64,000 bases of DNA from Patescibacteria group bacterium (GTDB taxonomy: Bacteria > Patescibacteriota > Patescibacteriia > UBA2591 > CALHIP01), in NCBI GenBank assembly GCA_026417895.1, contig JAOACJ010000009.1, positions 2,128 to 66,127 on the forward strand, in the 5' to 3' direction. The position numbers and the translations under genes were made by a program. The notes below the pieces were generated by a model, which ran no database searches, had not been told where the DNA came from, and saw only the letters and a list, made by a program, of their open reading frames with translations. Shown piece by piece: positions 1 to 10,548 of the stretch (position 1 is its first letter; every line of letters begins with the position of its first letter).

Positions 1-765
1 GATTAAAATCTCACCTTGATTAGAGGCGGCAGCTAAAATTGCCATTGTTCCTGCTTCAATTCGATCGGGAATAATTTTGCATTCCCCACCCTTTAGTTCT
101 TTAACTCCTTTGATTTTAATAGTTGGGGTACCCGCTCCCTCAATTTTCGCTCCGGCTCTTTTTAGATATTCAGACAAAGCCACAATTTCTGGTTCCATGG
201 CACAATTTTTTAAGATGGTCGTGCCTTCGGCTAAGCAAGCGGTCATCATTAAACTTTCTGTGCCGGTTACGGTAATTTTAGGAAAGAAAATTTTTGTTCC
301 TTTTAATTTTTTTGCTTTTAGGCTATAATATTTTTCAGAAATTTTAACTTCTGCGCCCATCTTTTTAAAACCTTCTAAAAACATATCGATTGGCCGACTG
401 GCAGCGCCAATGACACAGCCACCAGGATGAGGAAAGCGAACCTTACCATAGGAAGCCAAGAGTGGACCAACAAACATAATCGAGGCACGGAATTTACTTA
501 CTAAATCAACCGGTAAATTCGTTGATGTTAGCCTCTTAAAACTAATTTCAAAAACTCCCCTTTTGAGTCTTTTTACTTCGCCACCAAGGGCTATTAACAA
601 TTCTTCAGCTCTCCGACAGTCTTCTATTTCTGGCACGTTGATCAGGCGGATTTTTCCTCGAGTAATTAAAGCAAGGGGGAAGATTTTTAAAGCAGCGTTT
701 TTTGCTCCAGAAACAGCAATTTCCCCTTCTAAAGGTCTATTGCCTTCAATAATAAACTTAGCCAT
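1..765 (-). CDS. murA: UDP-N-acetylglucosamine 1-carboxyvinyltransferase (3' end runs off the window)
   Basis: Not in the ORF track. Manual translation from ATG at 765: MAKFIIEGNRPLEGEIAVSGAKNAALK...FRASIMFVGPLL...PHPGGCVIGAASRPIDM...TVTGTESLMM...EPEI...IIPDRIEAGT, which are MurA motifs. Confidence 0.95.
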   Translation of the reverse strand, partial: MAKFIIEGNRPLEGEIAVSGAKNAALKIFPLALITRGKIRLINVPEIEDCRRAEELLIALGGEVKRLKRGVFEISFKRLTSTNLPVDLVSKFRASIMFVGPLLASYGKVRFPHPGGCVIGAASRPIDMFLEGFKKMGAEVKISEKYYSLKAKKLKGTKIFFPKITVTGTESLMMTACLAEGTTILKNCAMEPEIVALSEYLKRAGAKIEGAGTPTIKIKGVKELKGGECKIIPDRIEAGTMAILAAASNQGEILI

Positions 766-791
766 AGGAAAATATTATATCATTTAATAAA

Positions 792-2198
792 ATGAAAACA
801 AGAACGAGTAAAGTTTTGTTTTTAATCTTTTTCTTAATCTTTATTATTTTAACCCCGCTTGTTCTTCTTTATTCTCAGGGTTATCGTCTTGATTGGGCAA
901 AGAGAAAATTAGTCAAAACTGGTAACCTCTATCTTATTTCTCGGCCGGCTGGCGCCGCTGTCTTTTTAGATAAAAAACCATATCAAATAAGTTTTAGAGA
1001 AAGATTATTGTTTTATAAGAATTTATTAGGCCTGACAAAGCTACGCAGTCTAACACCAACACTTATTAACTATCTCTATCCAAAAGAGTATCTCGTGACT
1101 TTAAAAAAGGATGGCTACTCTCCTTGGCAAAAAAAAATAAAAATTGTTTCAGAAAAGACAGTAATTTTTAGAGAGATTTTACTTTTCCGAAACCAACCAG
1201 AAATTTACCTGGTCAAAAAATTATCATTGGCAAACTTTAAATTTTCTCCTAATCTAAGAAAAATTGCGACTCTTGATAGTTCAAAAAAAGAAATGTTAAT
1301 TTTTGATTTAGAAACGGCTCAAGAAAAAAAATTTAAATTAAAAGGAATGGTAAAAGATTTTTTTTGGTTGCCTGGTGAGGAAAAAATGATGGTTTGGCTT
1401 GAAAATTCAAACTATCCTTTATTTTTAAATTTATTAGATGGTTCTTTGATTAACTTAAGAGATTTTTTAGAACAAAAGATAGTGATTCAAGATATTAAAT
1501 TTTCTTCCGAAAGAACAATATCTTTTCATGATCAGTCATCTATTTATCAATTTGATTTAGCTAACAAAAGTTTAGATTTACTTTATCGTTTAGAAGAAAA
1601 AAATACTTCTCTGGTTGATTTCATTCTGGTGAATAATCTTTTATTTTATCTTAAAAAAAAGAGGAGTCATTTTTTTCTTGAAGGATTTGATTTAGAAACG
1701 AAAAGAACTTTTTATCATCTGGAAGTTCCGATTACTGAAAATTATAGATTGGTCAATGGGCAAAAATGGTTAAAAAATTTTGTTTTCCTTCAGGACAAAG
1801 AAAATCTTCTTGTTTTTGACTGGCGAGAAGAAAAGATTGAAAAATCGCTGATTTTAAAAATGAAAAGTAAAAACTTTGATTTAAAGGATAAAAAAATAGT
1901 CTCTCATGACGGTTACGAAATATCGTCTTTTGATTTTGAAACAAAAAAGAAGGAAACCATTGATCGAACCAGTGAAGAAATTTTAAAAGTTCTTTGGTTA
2001 AGTAGAGGAAATTATCTTTTTGTCTTGTTTCCAAAAAAAATAAAAATCATTGAGGTTGATTCAGGAGAGCCAAAGAATTATATTGAATATAATTTTGAAA
2101 AAGTCGTTGATCTAAAGCCGACAAAAAATTATAATTTCATTTATTTTATCGGCCAAATCAAGGAAGAAGAAGGTATTTTCAAAATTAAAATTCAATAA
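792..2198 (+). CDS. Membrane-anchored PEGA-domain protein with beta-propeller-like C-terminus
   Basis: N-terminal TM followed by YSQGYRLDW..KLVKTG.LYLISRPAGA.VFLD and Y.VTLKKDGYSPWQKKI, a PEGA pattern common in CPR. Confidence 0.65.
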   Translation: MKTRTSKVLFLIFFLIFIILTPLVLLYSQGYRLDWAKRKLVKTGNLYLISRPAGAAVFLDKKPYQISFRERLLFYKNLLGLTKLRSLTPTLINYLYPKEYLVTLKKDGYSPWQKKIKIVSEKTVIFREILLFRNQPEIYLVKKLSLANFKFSPNLRKIATLDSSKKEMLIFDLETAQEKKFKLKGMVKDFFWLPGEEKMMVWLENSNYPLFLNLLDGSLINLRDFLEQKIVIQDIKFSSERTISFHDQSSIYQFDLANKSLDLLYRLEEKNTSLVDFILVNNLLFYLKKKRSHFFLEGFDLETKRTFYHLEVPITENYRLVNGQKWLKNFVFLQDKENLLVFDWREEKIEKSLILKMKSKNFDLKDKKIVSHDGYEISSFDFETKKKETIDRTSEEILKVLWLSRGNYLFVLFPKKIKIIEVDSGEPKNYIEYNFEKVVDLKPTKNYNFIYFIGQIKEEEGIFKIKIQ

Positions 2199-2943
2199 TT
2201 TTACCTTCTTTTTTGGCCACCAAAATTGTCGCCCTAAATAGAGAGTCAAAGGTGCCAGCGTCAGTCCAAAAACCTTTCAAAATTTCATGGGTTAATGTTC
2301 CTTGCCGAAGATAAAAATTATTGACATCAGTAATTTCTAACTCGCCTCGTTCTGATGGTTTTAAGGTCTTAATTATCCTAAAAACTTGTTGATCATACAT
2401 ATAAAGACCAGTCACTGCATAATTTGATTTCGGTTTTTTTGGTTTTTCTTCGATACTAATGACTTTATTACCTTTTATTTCTGCTACCCCGAAGCGTTCC
2501 GGATCGGGTACTTTTTTTAAAAAAATTTTTGCTCCACCAACTTTTCTGCCTTGAATTTTAAACTCCTGTTTCTGATATTTTTTAACAAAACTTGAAATAT
2601 CGTCTTCAATAATGTTGTCGCCTAAAATAACGACAATTTTTTGATTGTCAGCAAAATCTTCAGCCAAACTCAAAGCGGCAGCAATACCACCCGAGCCTTC
2701 TTGATAAGCAAAATGGATTTCTTTTAAACCAAATTCTTTGCCGTTTTTTAAAAGTTTTAAAAAATCACCTGGCGATTCGCCGCCAGTAACAATCATAATT
2801 TCCGTAATACCAGCCTTAACTAAAGTCTCCAATGGATAATAAATCATTGGTTTTTTATAAACCGGCAAAAGATGTTTGTTAGTAACCCGGGTTAAAGGCG
2901 CTAATCGCGTACCTAACCCGCCAGCAAGAATAACTCCTTTCAT
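2185..2943 (-). CDS. rmlA: Glucose-1-phosphate thymidylyltransferase (short RmlA/SpsI type)
   Basis: MKGVILAGGLGTRLAPLT..TNKHLLPVY, EEKP..PKSNYAVTGLYMY, SERGELEITD. Confidence 0.9.
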   Translation of the reverse strand: MKGVILAGGLGTRLAPLTRVTNKHLLPVYKKPMIYYPLETLVKAGITEIMIVTGGESPGDFLKLLKNGKEFGLKEIHFAYQEGSGGIAAALSLAEDFADNQKIVVILGDNIIEDDISSFVKKYQKQEFKIQGRKVGGAKIFLKKVPDPERFGVAEIKGNKVISIEEKPKKPKSNYAVTGLYMYDQQVFRIIKTLKPSERGELEITDVNNFYLRQGTLTHEILKGFWTDAGTFDSLFRATILVAKKEGKIIEF

Positions 2944-2980
2944 ATTTTCCTAAAGTCTTATTTGAAATTTATTACCGAGA

Positions 2981-3850
2981 TTAACAATTTTTTAGATAAT
3001 CCCTAAGTGCTAATTTCCAATTTCTTAATCTTTTAAACTTTGTATTAAGCAGTATACTATATCTGGGTCTTTTGGCAAGAGTTTTATATTCTAAAGTCTG
3101 ACAAGGTAAAATTTTTATTTTAAGTTTTTTTATTTTAATAATTTCTTTAGCCAATTTATACCAAGTAGTGATTCCTTCATTAGTTAAATGGTAAATACCG
3201 GCTGGTCTTTGGCTCGACAATAATTCCTTAGTTGCTTGGGCCAAATCAAAAGTATAGGTTGGCTTACCAAACTGATCATTGATGACCTTCAATTCTTTTT
3301 TTTCTTTAGCCAATTTTAAAATAGTCTGAACAAAATTTTTGTGTTTTTTTGGCTCAACATACGATCCAAAAAGCCAGAAAGTTCTGAGAAGATAAAATTT
3401 AAAGTTTGGATTTTGAAATTTGAGATTTAAAATTGCTTGCTCGCCGAATAATTTTGACAGACCGTATTTATTCACTGGATTCTTTGGTCTATCATTTTCT
3501 CGATATCCTTTTTTCTTTTTCCCATCAAAAACATAATCCGTTGAATAATGAATAAAAAGGGCACCAATCTCGGCACAAATTTTAGCTAAAGACTTCACTG
3601 CCGTGGCATTAATTTTTTTTGCTTTGACAAACTCTTTTTCTGCTTTTTCCACATTAGTATAAGCAGTTGCGTTAATAACAATTTTTGGTTTCAATCTCTT
3701 AATTTTTTTCTCAACTTCTTTTTGATCGGTAATATCTAAATTTTTGCGATGCCAACAAATTGGCTTGTCTTTTTTAAAAACAAAAGAAAGGTCAGAGCCT
3801 AACATACCTTTGGCGCCAAGAATTAAAATTTTATTCTTATCTTTCCACAT
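2981..3850 (-). CDS. rmlD: dTDP-4-dehydrorhamnose reductase
   Basis: GAKGMLG, AYTNVEKAE, STDYVFDG, YGLSKLFGE, DQFGKPT, AKRPRYSIL. Confidence 0.92.
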   Translation of the reverse strand: MWKDKNKILILGAKGMLGSDLSFVFKKDKPICWHRKNLDITDQKEVEKKIKRLKPKIVINATAYTNVEKAEKEFVKAKKINATAVKSLAKICAEIGALFIHYSTDYVFDGKKKKGYRENDRPKNPVNKYGLSKLFGEQAILNLKFQNPNFKFYLLRTFWLFGSYVEPKKHKNFVQTILKLAKEKKELKVINDQFGKPTYTFDLAQATKELLSSQRPAGIYHLTNEGITTWYKLAKEIIKIKKLKIKILPCQTLEYKTLAKRPRYSILLNTKFKRLRNWKLALRDYLKNC

Positions 3851-3991
3851 TTTTTTAAATTAATCATCTCAAATTCTTAAAAATCTGAGCAAGATGTTCG
3901 GCGACCAGGCTTTTGTTTTATTTCACCTTAGACAGCTTGGTAAATCCTTGGGTTGAATAATTTTATCAGAAAATGACCTCTTTGACAAAAA

Positions 3992-4020
3992 TAAAAACTA
4001 CCCAAATATGGGGAGTTTTA
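3992..4020 (-). terminator. Probable intrinsic terminator of the A/V-ATPase operon
   Basis: Minus strand AAAACTCCCCA-TATT-TGGGTAGTTTT followed by TATTTTTG, about 20 nt after the subunit D stop. Confidence 0.55.
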
Positions 4021-4040
4021 TCAATTTATTTAAATTTAAA

Positions 4041-4655
4041 TCATTTTATTTTCTCTTTTATTTTCATTAAAGAAATGATGGCGCTTCTTTCTTGTTCGTC
4101 AAGTTTTCGAGTAATATATTTAATTGTTTCGACAATTGAGGGTAGATAAACATATTCTAAAGCATTAACCCGGCGACGAGTTTTTTCAATTTCTAAAGAA
4201 AGTAAATGAGCCGAATTTTCCAATTCGGCTAATTTTAAAATATCATTTAGTAATGCAGAAAAAATTTTCAAAAAATTATCAAGTTCAATACTAGAAAAAA
4301 CTAAAGAATAACAAAAACAATCGCCTTCCTCTTGAAACTGAAAATCAGGAATGGTCACATTCATAATATTTTTAGTCGTTAAGGTTAATTTTATTTTCTT
4401 TGATGAAGTAGCAAATGCCTCTTCTAAAACCTCCGGCCTTGTTTCAACGGAAGCAAAAACAAAACTTTTTAAAGCGAGCTGAATTTCTTTTTCTATTTTT
4501 TCTGTTAACAACCGCGTCTCTTTAATGATTTTTAAAAATTCTCTCATCAGAGAGTCTCTTTTTTCTTTTAAAAGTTTATAACCATAAGAAGCGAGCTCTT
4601 TTCTTTTTTTGAGCCTTAGAAGCTCCATGCGGGTTGGGTTGATGGTGAGTCTCAT
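4041..4655 (-). CDS. atpD: A/V-type ATPase subunit D
   Basis: NPTRMELLRLKKR..GYKLLKEKRD, EIEKTRRRVNALEY. Confidence 0.95.
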   Translation of the reverse strand: MRLTINPTRMELLRLKKRKELASYGYKLLKEKRDSLMREFLKIIKETRLLTEKIEKEIQLALKSFVFASVETRPEVLEEAFATSSKKIKLTLTTKNIMNVTIPDFQFQEEGDCFCYSLVFSSIELDNFLKIFSALLNDILKLAELENSAHLLSLEIEKTRRRVNALEYVYLPSIVETIKYITRKLDEQERSAIISLMKIKEKIK

Positions 4656-4668
4656 AATTTAGATTAAG

Positions 4669-4757
4669 CAATAAATTTCAATGTATATCACGAAATATAT
4701 TTCTATAAGTTTCAGAAACTAATAAAAATTCATAGAAACTTCTAGATACTCATTGAA
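4669..4757. repeat. 10-bp-periodic inverted-arm intergenic element
   Basis: Left units like CAATAAATTT/CTATAAGTTT; right units like CATAGAAACT/TCTAGATACT (approximate reverse complement). Confidence 0.55.
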
Positions 4758-6134
4758 TTAGCTGATGCGAGATAAATATTTATTGATATAAACATCTTTG
4801 ATTCTTTTCAATTCCTGTCTCGGTAAGATGGCTAAAAGTTGCCAAGCCAAATCTAATGTCTCAAAAATCGTTCGATCTTCGTATAAACCTTGCCTGATAA
4901 ACCGATTTTCAAATTCTTGAGCAAATTTTAAGTATTTTTGGTCTAATTCTGTCAAAGCTGCTTCACCTAAAATAGTTGCCAATTCTCTGGCTTGTTTTCC
5001 CTGGGCATAGGCAGAAAAAAGTTGATTAGAAATGCCTGGATGATCTTCTCTTGTTTTTCCTTCACCAATACCCTTGTCTTTCAATCTTGAAAGTGAGGGT
5101 AAAACATCAACTGGTGGATAAATACCCTTCCGATGAAGTTCGCGAGAAAGAATAATCTGACCTTCGGTAATATAACCAGTTAAGTCAGGAATAGGATGGG
5201 TCTTATCATCTTCTGGCATTGAGAGAATGGGAATCTGGGTGATAGAGCCCTTTTTATTTTTTAAACGACCAGCTCTTTCGTAAAGAGTAGCTAAATCCGA
5301 ATACATATAACCGGGGTAACCGCGTCTGGCTGGGACCTCTTTTCTGGCGGCAGAGATTTCTCGCAATGCTTCACAATAGTGAGTCATATCAATCAAAATA
5401 ACCAAAACATGCATCTCCTTTTCAAAAGCAAAATATTCAGCCGTGGTTAAAGCAATTCTCGGCAAAGTAATTCTTTCAATAACTGGGTCATCAGCCAAGT
5501 TGACAAATAAAACAGCCCTTTCTATCGCCCCGGTTTCTTTGAAATCTTTAATAAAATATTCAGCCTCTTCAAAAGTAATACCCATAGCACCAAAAACAAC
5601 AGCAAATTTCTCTCCGCCTTTAATCAGTTTAGCTTGACGAGCAATTTGTGCTGCAATTTCTAGGTGAGGTAAACCAGCTCCAGAAAAAATCGGCAATTTT
5701 TGACCACGAACCAAAGGATTCATAGCATCAATTGAAGAAATACCGGTTTGAATGAATTCATTAGGATAATCTCTTGCCTCAGGATTAATCGGTGCACCAT
5801 TAATGTCTAACCTCGCTTCAGGAATAATTTTTGGACCACCGTCAATTGGTAAACCGGAACCAGAAAAAATTCGACCCAACATTTCTTCCGCCACATCAAT
5901 TTCCATGGTTTTACCTAAAAATTTTGCTTTTGAGCCTTCGAGAGAAATACCTCTTGTTTCTTCAAACATCTGAATAATGGCTTTGTCTTCATCAACTTCC
6001 AAAACGCGACCGCGTCGAATTTCGCCGTTAGGCAATTCAACCTCAACCAGCTCCTGATAAGTAACTCTTTCTACTCCTTGGACAATTAAAAGTGGTCCGG
6101 CAATTTCTTTGATTGTTTTGTATGACCTAAGCAT
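4758..6134 (-). CDS. atpB: A/V-type ATPase subunit B
   Basis: [59 protein letters not shown]. Confidence 0.97.
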   Translation of the reverse strand: MLRSYKTIKEIAGPLLIVQGVERVTYQELVEVELPNGEIRRGRVLEVDEDKAIIQMFEETRGISLEGSKAKFLGKTMEIDVAEEMLGRIFSGSGLPIDGGPKIIPEARLDINGAPINPEARDYPNEFIQTGISSIDAMNPLVRGQKLPIFSGAGLPHLEIAAQIARQAKLIKGGEKFAVVFGAMGITFEEAEYFIKDFKETGAIERAVLFVNLADDPVIERITLPRIALTTAEYFAFEKEMHVLVILIDMTHYCEALREISAARKEVPARRGYPGYMYSDLATLYERAGRLKNKKGSITQIPILSMPEDDKTHPIPDLTGYITEGQIILSRELHRKGIYPPVDVLPSLSRLKDKGIGEGKTREDHPGISNQLFSAYAQGKQARELATILGEAALTELDQKYLKFAQEFENRFIRQGLYEDRTIFETLDLAWQLLAILPRQELKRIKDVYINKYLSRIS

Positions 6135-6205
6135 AGAGATAATTTAAATTTAAGAATGGGTATAGATAAATATTTGCTCAAATTTTCTTGCCTCAGTCTT
6201 CTTAA

Positions 6206-7939
6206 TTATAAATTTTCTATTTCATCAATTAAATCTTCGATTTTCTCAAGTTCTTTTTCTGAGATAAATTTTATTTTCGCTATTTTCTCGCGCAGAGGAG
6301 AAGAAGAAATTTCTAAAAATGGCTTTCCTTCAATTAATCTTTTATTGGCTACTTCATGAAAGGTAATAATTGTTTTCAGCATCAGATACTGTTTCTTTAA
6401 AGAAGTATAAGTATCAATCTCGTCAAAAGCATTTTGTTGAAGAAAATCCTCGCGAATTGATTTAGCGGTTAAAAGTGTTAACTGGTCTTTTTCAGATAAT
6501 GATTCAACACCAACCAATCTAACAATTTCTTGAAGCTTCGCTTCTTCTTGTAAAATATCCATCGCCTTTGTCCTTAAAAGAGGAAAATCAGAAGCAATTT
6601 CTTTTTTCAAAAAATCATCAAGATCTTGGGTATAGAGAGAGTAGCTGGTTAACCAATTAAGAGCTGGAAAATGTCTTTGACTAGCTAAATTATCATCAAG
6701 GGCCCAGAAAACTTTGGTGACGCGCAAGGTATTCTGGGTGACTGGTTCAGAAAAATCCCCACCAGGTGGCGAAACGGCGCCAATGATGGCTAAGGAACCA
6801 ATTCTTTCTTCCTTGCCTAAACAGATAACTTCACCGGCCCTTTCATAAAAACCAGCTGTTCTGGAACCTAAATAAGCGGGATAGCCTTCTTCACCCGGCA
6901 TTTCTTCTAAACGACCAGAAACTTCTCTTAAGGCCTCAGCCCAACGAGAAGTTGAATCAGCCATTAAAGCCACTTTATAACCCATATCGCGAAAATATTC
7001 AGCGATGGTAATACCGGTATAAATTGAAGCTTCGCGAGCTGCCACTGGCATATTTGAAGTATTGGCAATTAAAACGGTTCTTTTCATTAAAGGCTCACCC
7101 GATCTTGGATCAAGAAGATGAGGAAATTCTAACAAGACATCAGCCATTTCATTACCTCTTTCACCACAGCCAATAAAAATAATAATTTCGGCATCAGCCC
7201 ATTTGGCTAATTGATGTTGAACAACGGTTTTACCGCTGCCAAATGGTCCAGGCACACAGGCCGTTCCCCCTTTCGCCACCGGGAAAAAAGTGTCAATCAC
7301 TCGCTGGCCGGTCACCAATGGCTCCTTTGGCATTATTCTTGCTTTAACTGGTCTAGCTTGACGAATTGGCCATTCTTGCTTCATTGTTATTTCTCTTATT
7401 CCTTTTTTTGTCTCAATTAAAGCAATAACCTCTTCGACGGTAAATTTTCCTTTTTTAATTTCTTTGATTTTTCCTTTAATGTTTGGTGGAACCATAATCC
7501 GATGTTCAACTAAACTTGTCTCCTGAACGCTACCTAAAATATCTCCGGCCTCAACCTCTTCTCCCTTTTTAACTTTTGGTTGAAAATCCCATTTTTTATT
7601 TCTCTCAAGAGCTGGTAATTCAATGCCTCGACTAATATAGTCACCAAATTCTTCTCGCATTAAATTTAACGGTCTTTGAATACCGTCATAGATTGAGCTA
7701 ATTAAGCCAGGACCGAGTTCGACAGTTAAAGGCTTGCCCTCAAGATAAATTGGTTCACCTGGCCCTAAGCCAGCGGTTTCTTCGTAAACCTGAATTGCCG
7801 CTTCGTCACCTTCGATTTTAATAATTTCGCCAATTAATTTTTTCTCAGAAACTTTGGCTAAATCATACATTTTCACACCAGTCATCTTTTTACCAATGAC
7901 TAATGGACCAGAAATTTTTTTGATAAAACCTTCTTGCAT
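6206..7939 (-). CDS. atpA: A/V-type ATPase catalytic subunit A
   Basis: P-loop [44 protein letters not shown]; no intein (577 aa). Confidence 0.97.
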   Translation of the reverse strand: MQEGFIKKISGPLVIGKKMTGVKMYDLAKVSEKKLIGEIIKIEGDEAAIQVYEETAGLGPGEPIYLEGKPLTVELGPGLISSIYDGIQRPLNLMREEFGDYISRGIELPALERNKKWDFQPKVKKGEEVEAGDILGSVQETSLVEHRIMVPPNIKGKIKEIKKGKFTVEEVIALIETKKGIREITMKQEWPIRQARPVKARIMPKEPLVTGQRVIDTFFPVAKGGTACVPGPFGSGKTVVQHQLAKWADAEIIIFIGCGERGNEMADVLLEFPHLLDPRSGEPLMKRTVLIANTSNMPVAAREASIYTGITIAEYFRDMGYKVALMADSTSRWAEALREVSGRLEEMPGEEGYPAYLGSRTAGFYERAGEVICLGKEERIGSLAIIGAVSPPGGDFSEPVTQNTLRVTKVFWALDDNLASQRHFPALNWLTSYSLYTQDLDDFLKKEIASDFPLLRTKAMDILQEEAKLQEIVRLVGVESLSEKDQLTLLTAKSIREDFLQQNAFDEIDTYTSLKKQYLMLKTIITFHEVANKRLIEGKPFLEISSSPLREKIAKIKFISEKELEKIEDLIDEIENL

Positions 7940-7951
7940 ATTTTTATTATT

Positions 7952-8278
7952 TTATTTTTTATTTTGAAAAAGTATATCACTGCCAACGGCTTTTTCGACA
8001 ATTTTCTTTAACTCTCTTAAACCATATCCGGTGCTACCTAAATGGGTTGGTAAAGAAACGACGGCCGGAATAGTTGATGTTTTTAAAGGCAACAGTTCTT
8101 CTTCCAATTTTTCTTCCCAATCCTCAGTGATAAAAACAATGGCAAAATTATCTTGACTAATTTTTTTGATTGCTTCTTTTCCTTCTTCCAAATTAGTAAT
8201 GGGAAAAATTTCTAAATTAAAAGCTTTGAAACCAAAAATGACATCTTTATGACCAATAATACCAATTTTATATTCCAT
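7952..8278 (-). CDS. atpF: A/V-type ATPase subunit F (NtpG)
   Basis: KIGIIGHKDVIFGFKAF...IVFITE...KIVEKAVGSDI; operon position. Confidence 0.9.
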   Translation of the reverse strand: MEYKIGIIGHKDVIFGFKAFNLEIFPITNLEEGKEAIKKISQDNFAIVFITEDWEEKLEEELLPLKTSTIPAVVSLPTHLGSTGYGLRELKKIVEKAVGSDILFQNKK

Positions 8279-8298
8279 ATTTCTATATTTATTTCTAA

Positions 8299-9288
8299 TT
8301 AATATATTTCTACCCTTTCTTTTAATAAATCCGCTTCGACTTTATTTAATTTACCGCTCATAATTAATCTAACATTTTTGTTGGCATTCTTTTTAGCATA
8401 AAAATAGGCAACCACTACTTCTGGACCATAGGCAATGTATTTTGCTTTTCTTAAATATTCAATCTCTGCTTCAAAAAATCTTTTTTCTAATAACCAGGGT
8501 TTTTTTTCTCTTAAATATTCTAAAAAATACTTGGCTAAAGAAGGGGGGACAATTTTACTAAAATATTCAAGGGCAATTTCTAAATCTTGGTGATAAAAAT
8601 TGATAAAGTCGTCAGTTTTAATTCGGCCGGAGCTAATTAAAGCTTCTTTTAAAAATTCAATCTCCTTTCCTAAATTTTTTAATCGTAAAAAAATTCTCAG
8701 ATTTGTTAAATCAATTTTTAAATTAACAAAGTCAATTAAAAACTGATTTTTAAGTCTTTTGGCTATTTTTTTTAAAAGAGAAAAGTATTCTCGATCAAAG
8801 AAAAATTCTATTTGATAGGGTAATGGCTGTTGATGAAAGAATTGATTAGCTTGAGTAATAAAAGTTTGAATTTCTTCATCAATTTTTATTTTTTCTTCTT
8901 GAAGAATGATTTTTTTTAAAATTGTTGGTTCAAAAAAACCAAAAGGAAGAAGTAAGTAATCTAAATCTTTGTTAAATAATTTTTCTTTGAAAATCACTTT
9001 TAAATTATGGAAGTCGTATTCTAAAAGGAGAAATTTTATCAAGTCTTTGTCAGGAACAATTTGCCATAATAATTTTTTATTCTCCAGTAAATCATCTGAG
9101 ATGACTTGTTCAAATTCTTCCGGCTTTTTTTCAAAAAGATGTTCGGCGTAGTCGGTGTCATAAAAAACCTTGAAGGCTGTTGCTAGATCTGGTGCCCCCA
9201 ACATTCTTTCCAAATCTACTCGATCAAGTAATTTTGTTTCCAGGTATCTAATTTTACCGGTAGCAAAAGTATAATTTGAAATGTTCAT
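8299..9288 (-). CDS. atpC: A/V-type ATPase subunit C/d
   Basis: GKIRYLETKLL, YDFHNLKV, IDLTNLRIFLR, GPEVVVAYFYAK..NVRLIMSGK. Confidence 0.9.
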   Translation of the reverse strand: MNISNYTFATGKIRYLETKLLDRVDLERMLGAPDLATAFKVFYDTDYAEHLFEKKPEEFEQVISDDLLENKKLLWQIVPDKDLIKFLLLEYDFHNLKVIFKEKLFNKDLDYLLLPFGFFEPTILKKIILQEEKIKIDEEIQTFITQANQFFHQQPLPYQIEFFFDREYFSLLKKIAKRLKNQFLIDFVNLKIDLTNLRIFLRLKNLGKEIEFLKEALISSGRIKTDDFINFYHQDLEIALEYFSKIVPPSLAKYFLEYLREKKPWLLEKRFFEAEIEYLRKAKYIAYGPEVVVAYFYAKKNANKNVRLIMSGKLNKVEADLLKERVEIY

Positions 9289-9305
9289 ATAGTTAATTGA
9301 GCAGA

Positions 9306-9393
9306 CAATAAGTTTCTATTTATTTCTATTTATTTCTACAAATTACAGAAATTGATAGAAATATGCTTTGGTGAAATTTATAGAAATTTGTTG
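9306..9393. repeat. 10-bp-periodic inverted-arm intergenic element (same family as 4669-4757)
   Basis: CAATAAGTTT-CTATTTATTT-CTATTTATTT-CTACAAATTA, then AGAAATT/GATAGAAATA/TATAGAAATT. Confidence 0.6.
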
Positions 9394-9396
9394 TAG

Positions 9397-9957
9397 TTAT
9401 CCAAATAGAATTTTGCTGACTTCTATCTCTGTTTTTTCTCTAATAATTTTGATTAAATTTTCAAAACTATTATCAATCTCTAAGTTTTCAGAAGAGAAGA
9501 TAAAGCCACCCTTTATCGCTAATGATTTTTTAGCAAGATGAAATTTCTTTTTACTTTCGGCAATAGCTTTTTCGGTAACCCTCTCTCTATTTTGAGCCGG
9601 TATAATCTCGCCTCTCTCTGGACATCTTTTCAGTAAATTCAAAATTAACTTCTGATAGTCAGAGTCGCTAAGATTTGATAATTCGTCTAAAACCTCTTGA
9701 TAAATGTTATCTAAAATTTCTTGCTTCTTTTGTAAAAGTAAATTTTTTGTCTCTAAATTAAGACGGATTTGGGTCTGTTGAATTCTCTTTTGCACCTCGG
9801 CTTCCGTTTCGGCCAAAATTTCGCTCTTTCTTTTCTCAATCTCGGCCCGATATTTTTCTTCAAGTTTTCTAACCTCTTCTCTGTTCCTTTCTTCAATTTC
9901 TTTGATTTTTTCTTCTGTTTCTTTTTTAATTTTTTTTAAGATGTCATCTAAAGCCAT
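9397..9957 (-). CDS. atpE: A/V-type ATPase subunit E
   Basis: Likely start MALDDILKKI at 9957; coiled coil, then IKGGFIF..IDNSFE..EVSKILFG. Confidence 0.88.
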   Translation of the reverse strand: MALDDILKKIKKETEEKIKEIEERNREEVRKLEEKYRAEIEKRKSEILAETEAEVQKRIQQTQIRLNLETKNLLLQKKQEILDNIYQEVLDELSNLSDSDYQKLILNLLKRCPERGEIIPAQNRERVTEKAIAESKKKFHLAKKSLAIKGGFIFSSENLEIDNSFENLIKIIREKTEIEVSKILFG

Positions 9958-10058
9958 AGGAAATTTATGGAAATCATCCAAATAATTCGAGTATATCCAA
10001 ACGCTCCGAATAAAATTATTCGTCGCGTCGAAATAAATTTGTTAATCTCGGGATTATA

Positions 10059-10535
10059 TTAACTCACTTTAATACCGTTAAGCAATAAAATTGTTACTAG
10101 TAAGCCTAAAACGGCATAAGTCTCAACCATAGCCGCCATAATGACTGGCTTACCTGATTCGCCGGGTTTTTTGGCAACGACATGGACGCCAGCGGCAGCA
10201 ACCCTTCCCTGCATAATGGCAGAAATTAAACCAACCACTCCAACCGGCAAACAGGCAAAAAGAATCTGCCAACCAACCTCTAAAGAAATAGTTGGCATCT
10301 GTCCCCCTAAAAGTCCAACTTTTTGTAAAGACATAATGGCGCCCAAAAATCCGTAAATACCTTGAGTACCTGGCAAAGCCTGAAGTAAGAGAACCTTACC
10401 AAATTTTTCTGGGTCTTCTGAAACTAAACCAGCCGCTACTTCGCCAACAATTCTTACCCCTAAAGCTGATCCAATGCCAGCTAAAGCGGCGGCCAAAACT
10501 GCTCCTAAAATGGCTAAAGCTAATCCTAATTCCAT
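10059..10535 (-). CDS. atpK: A/V-type ATPase proteolipid subunit K (4-TM, NtpK-like)
   Basis: EDPEKFGKVLLLQALPGTQGIYG, SAIMQG, MVETYAVLGL. Confidence 0.95.
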   Translation of the reverse strand: MELGLALAILGAVLAAALAGIGSALGVRIVGEVAAGLVSEDPEKFGKVLLLQALPGTQGIYGFLGAIMSLQKVGLLGGQMPTISLEVGWQILFACLPVGVVGLISAIMQGRVAAAGVHVVAKKPGESGKPVIMAAMVETYAVLGLLVTILLLNGIKVS

Positions 10536-10548
10536 AAGTGTTAAATTA

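Noticed and set aside
77-787. Plus-strand ORFs 77..328 and 563..787, and the many other short antisense or nested ORFs in the track (e.g. 17600..18145, 51465..51923, 63476..63814)
   Set aside because: They are shadows of well-supported genes on the opposite strand or another frame, with no recognisable motifs
3851-3990. Spacer upstream of rmlD as an rmlC remnant
   Set aside because: All three minus frames are quickly closed and show no cupin/RmlC motifs
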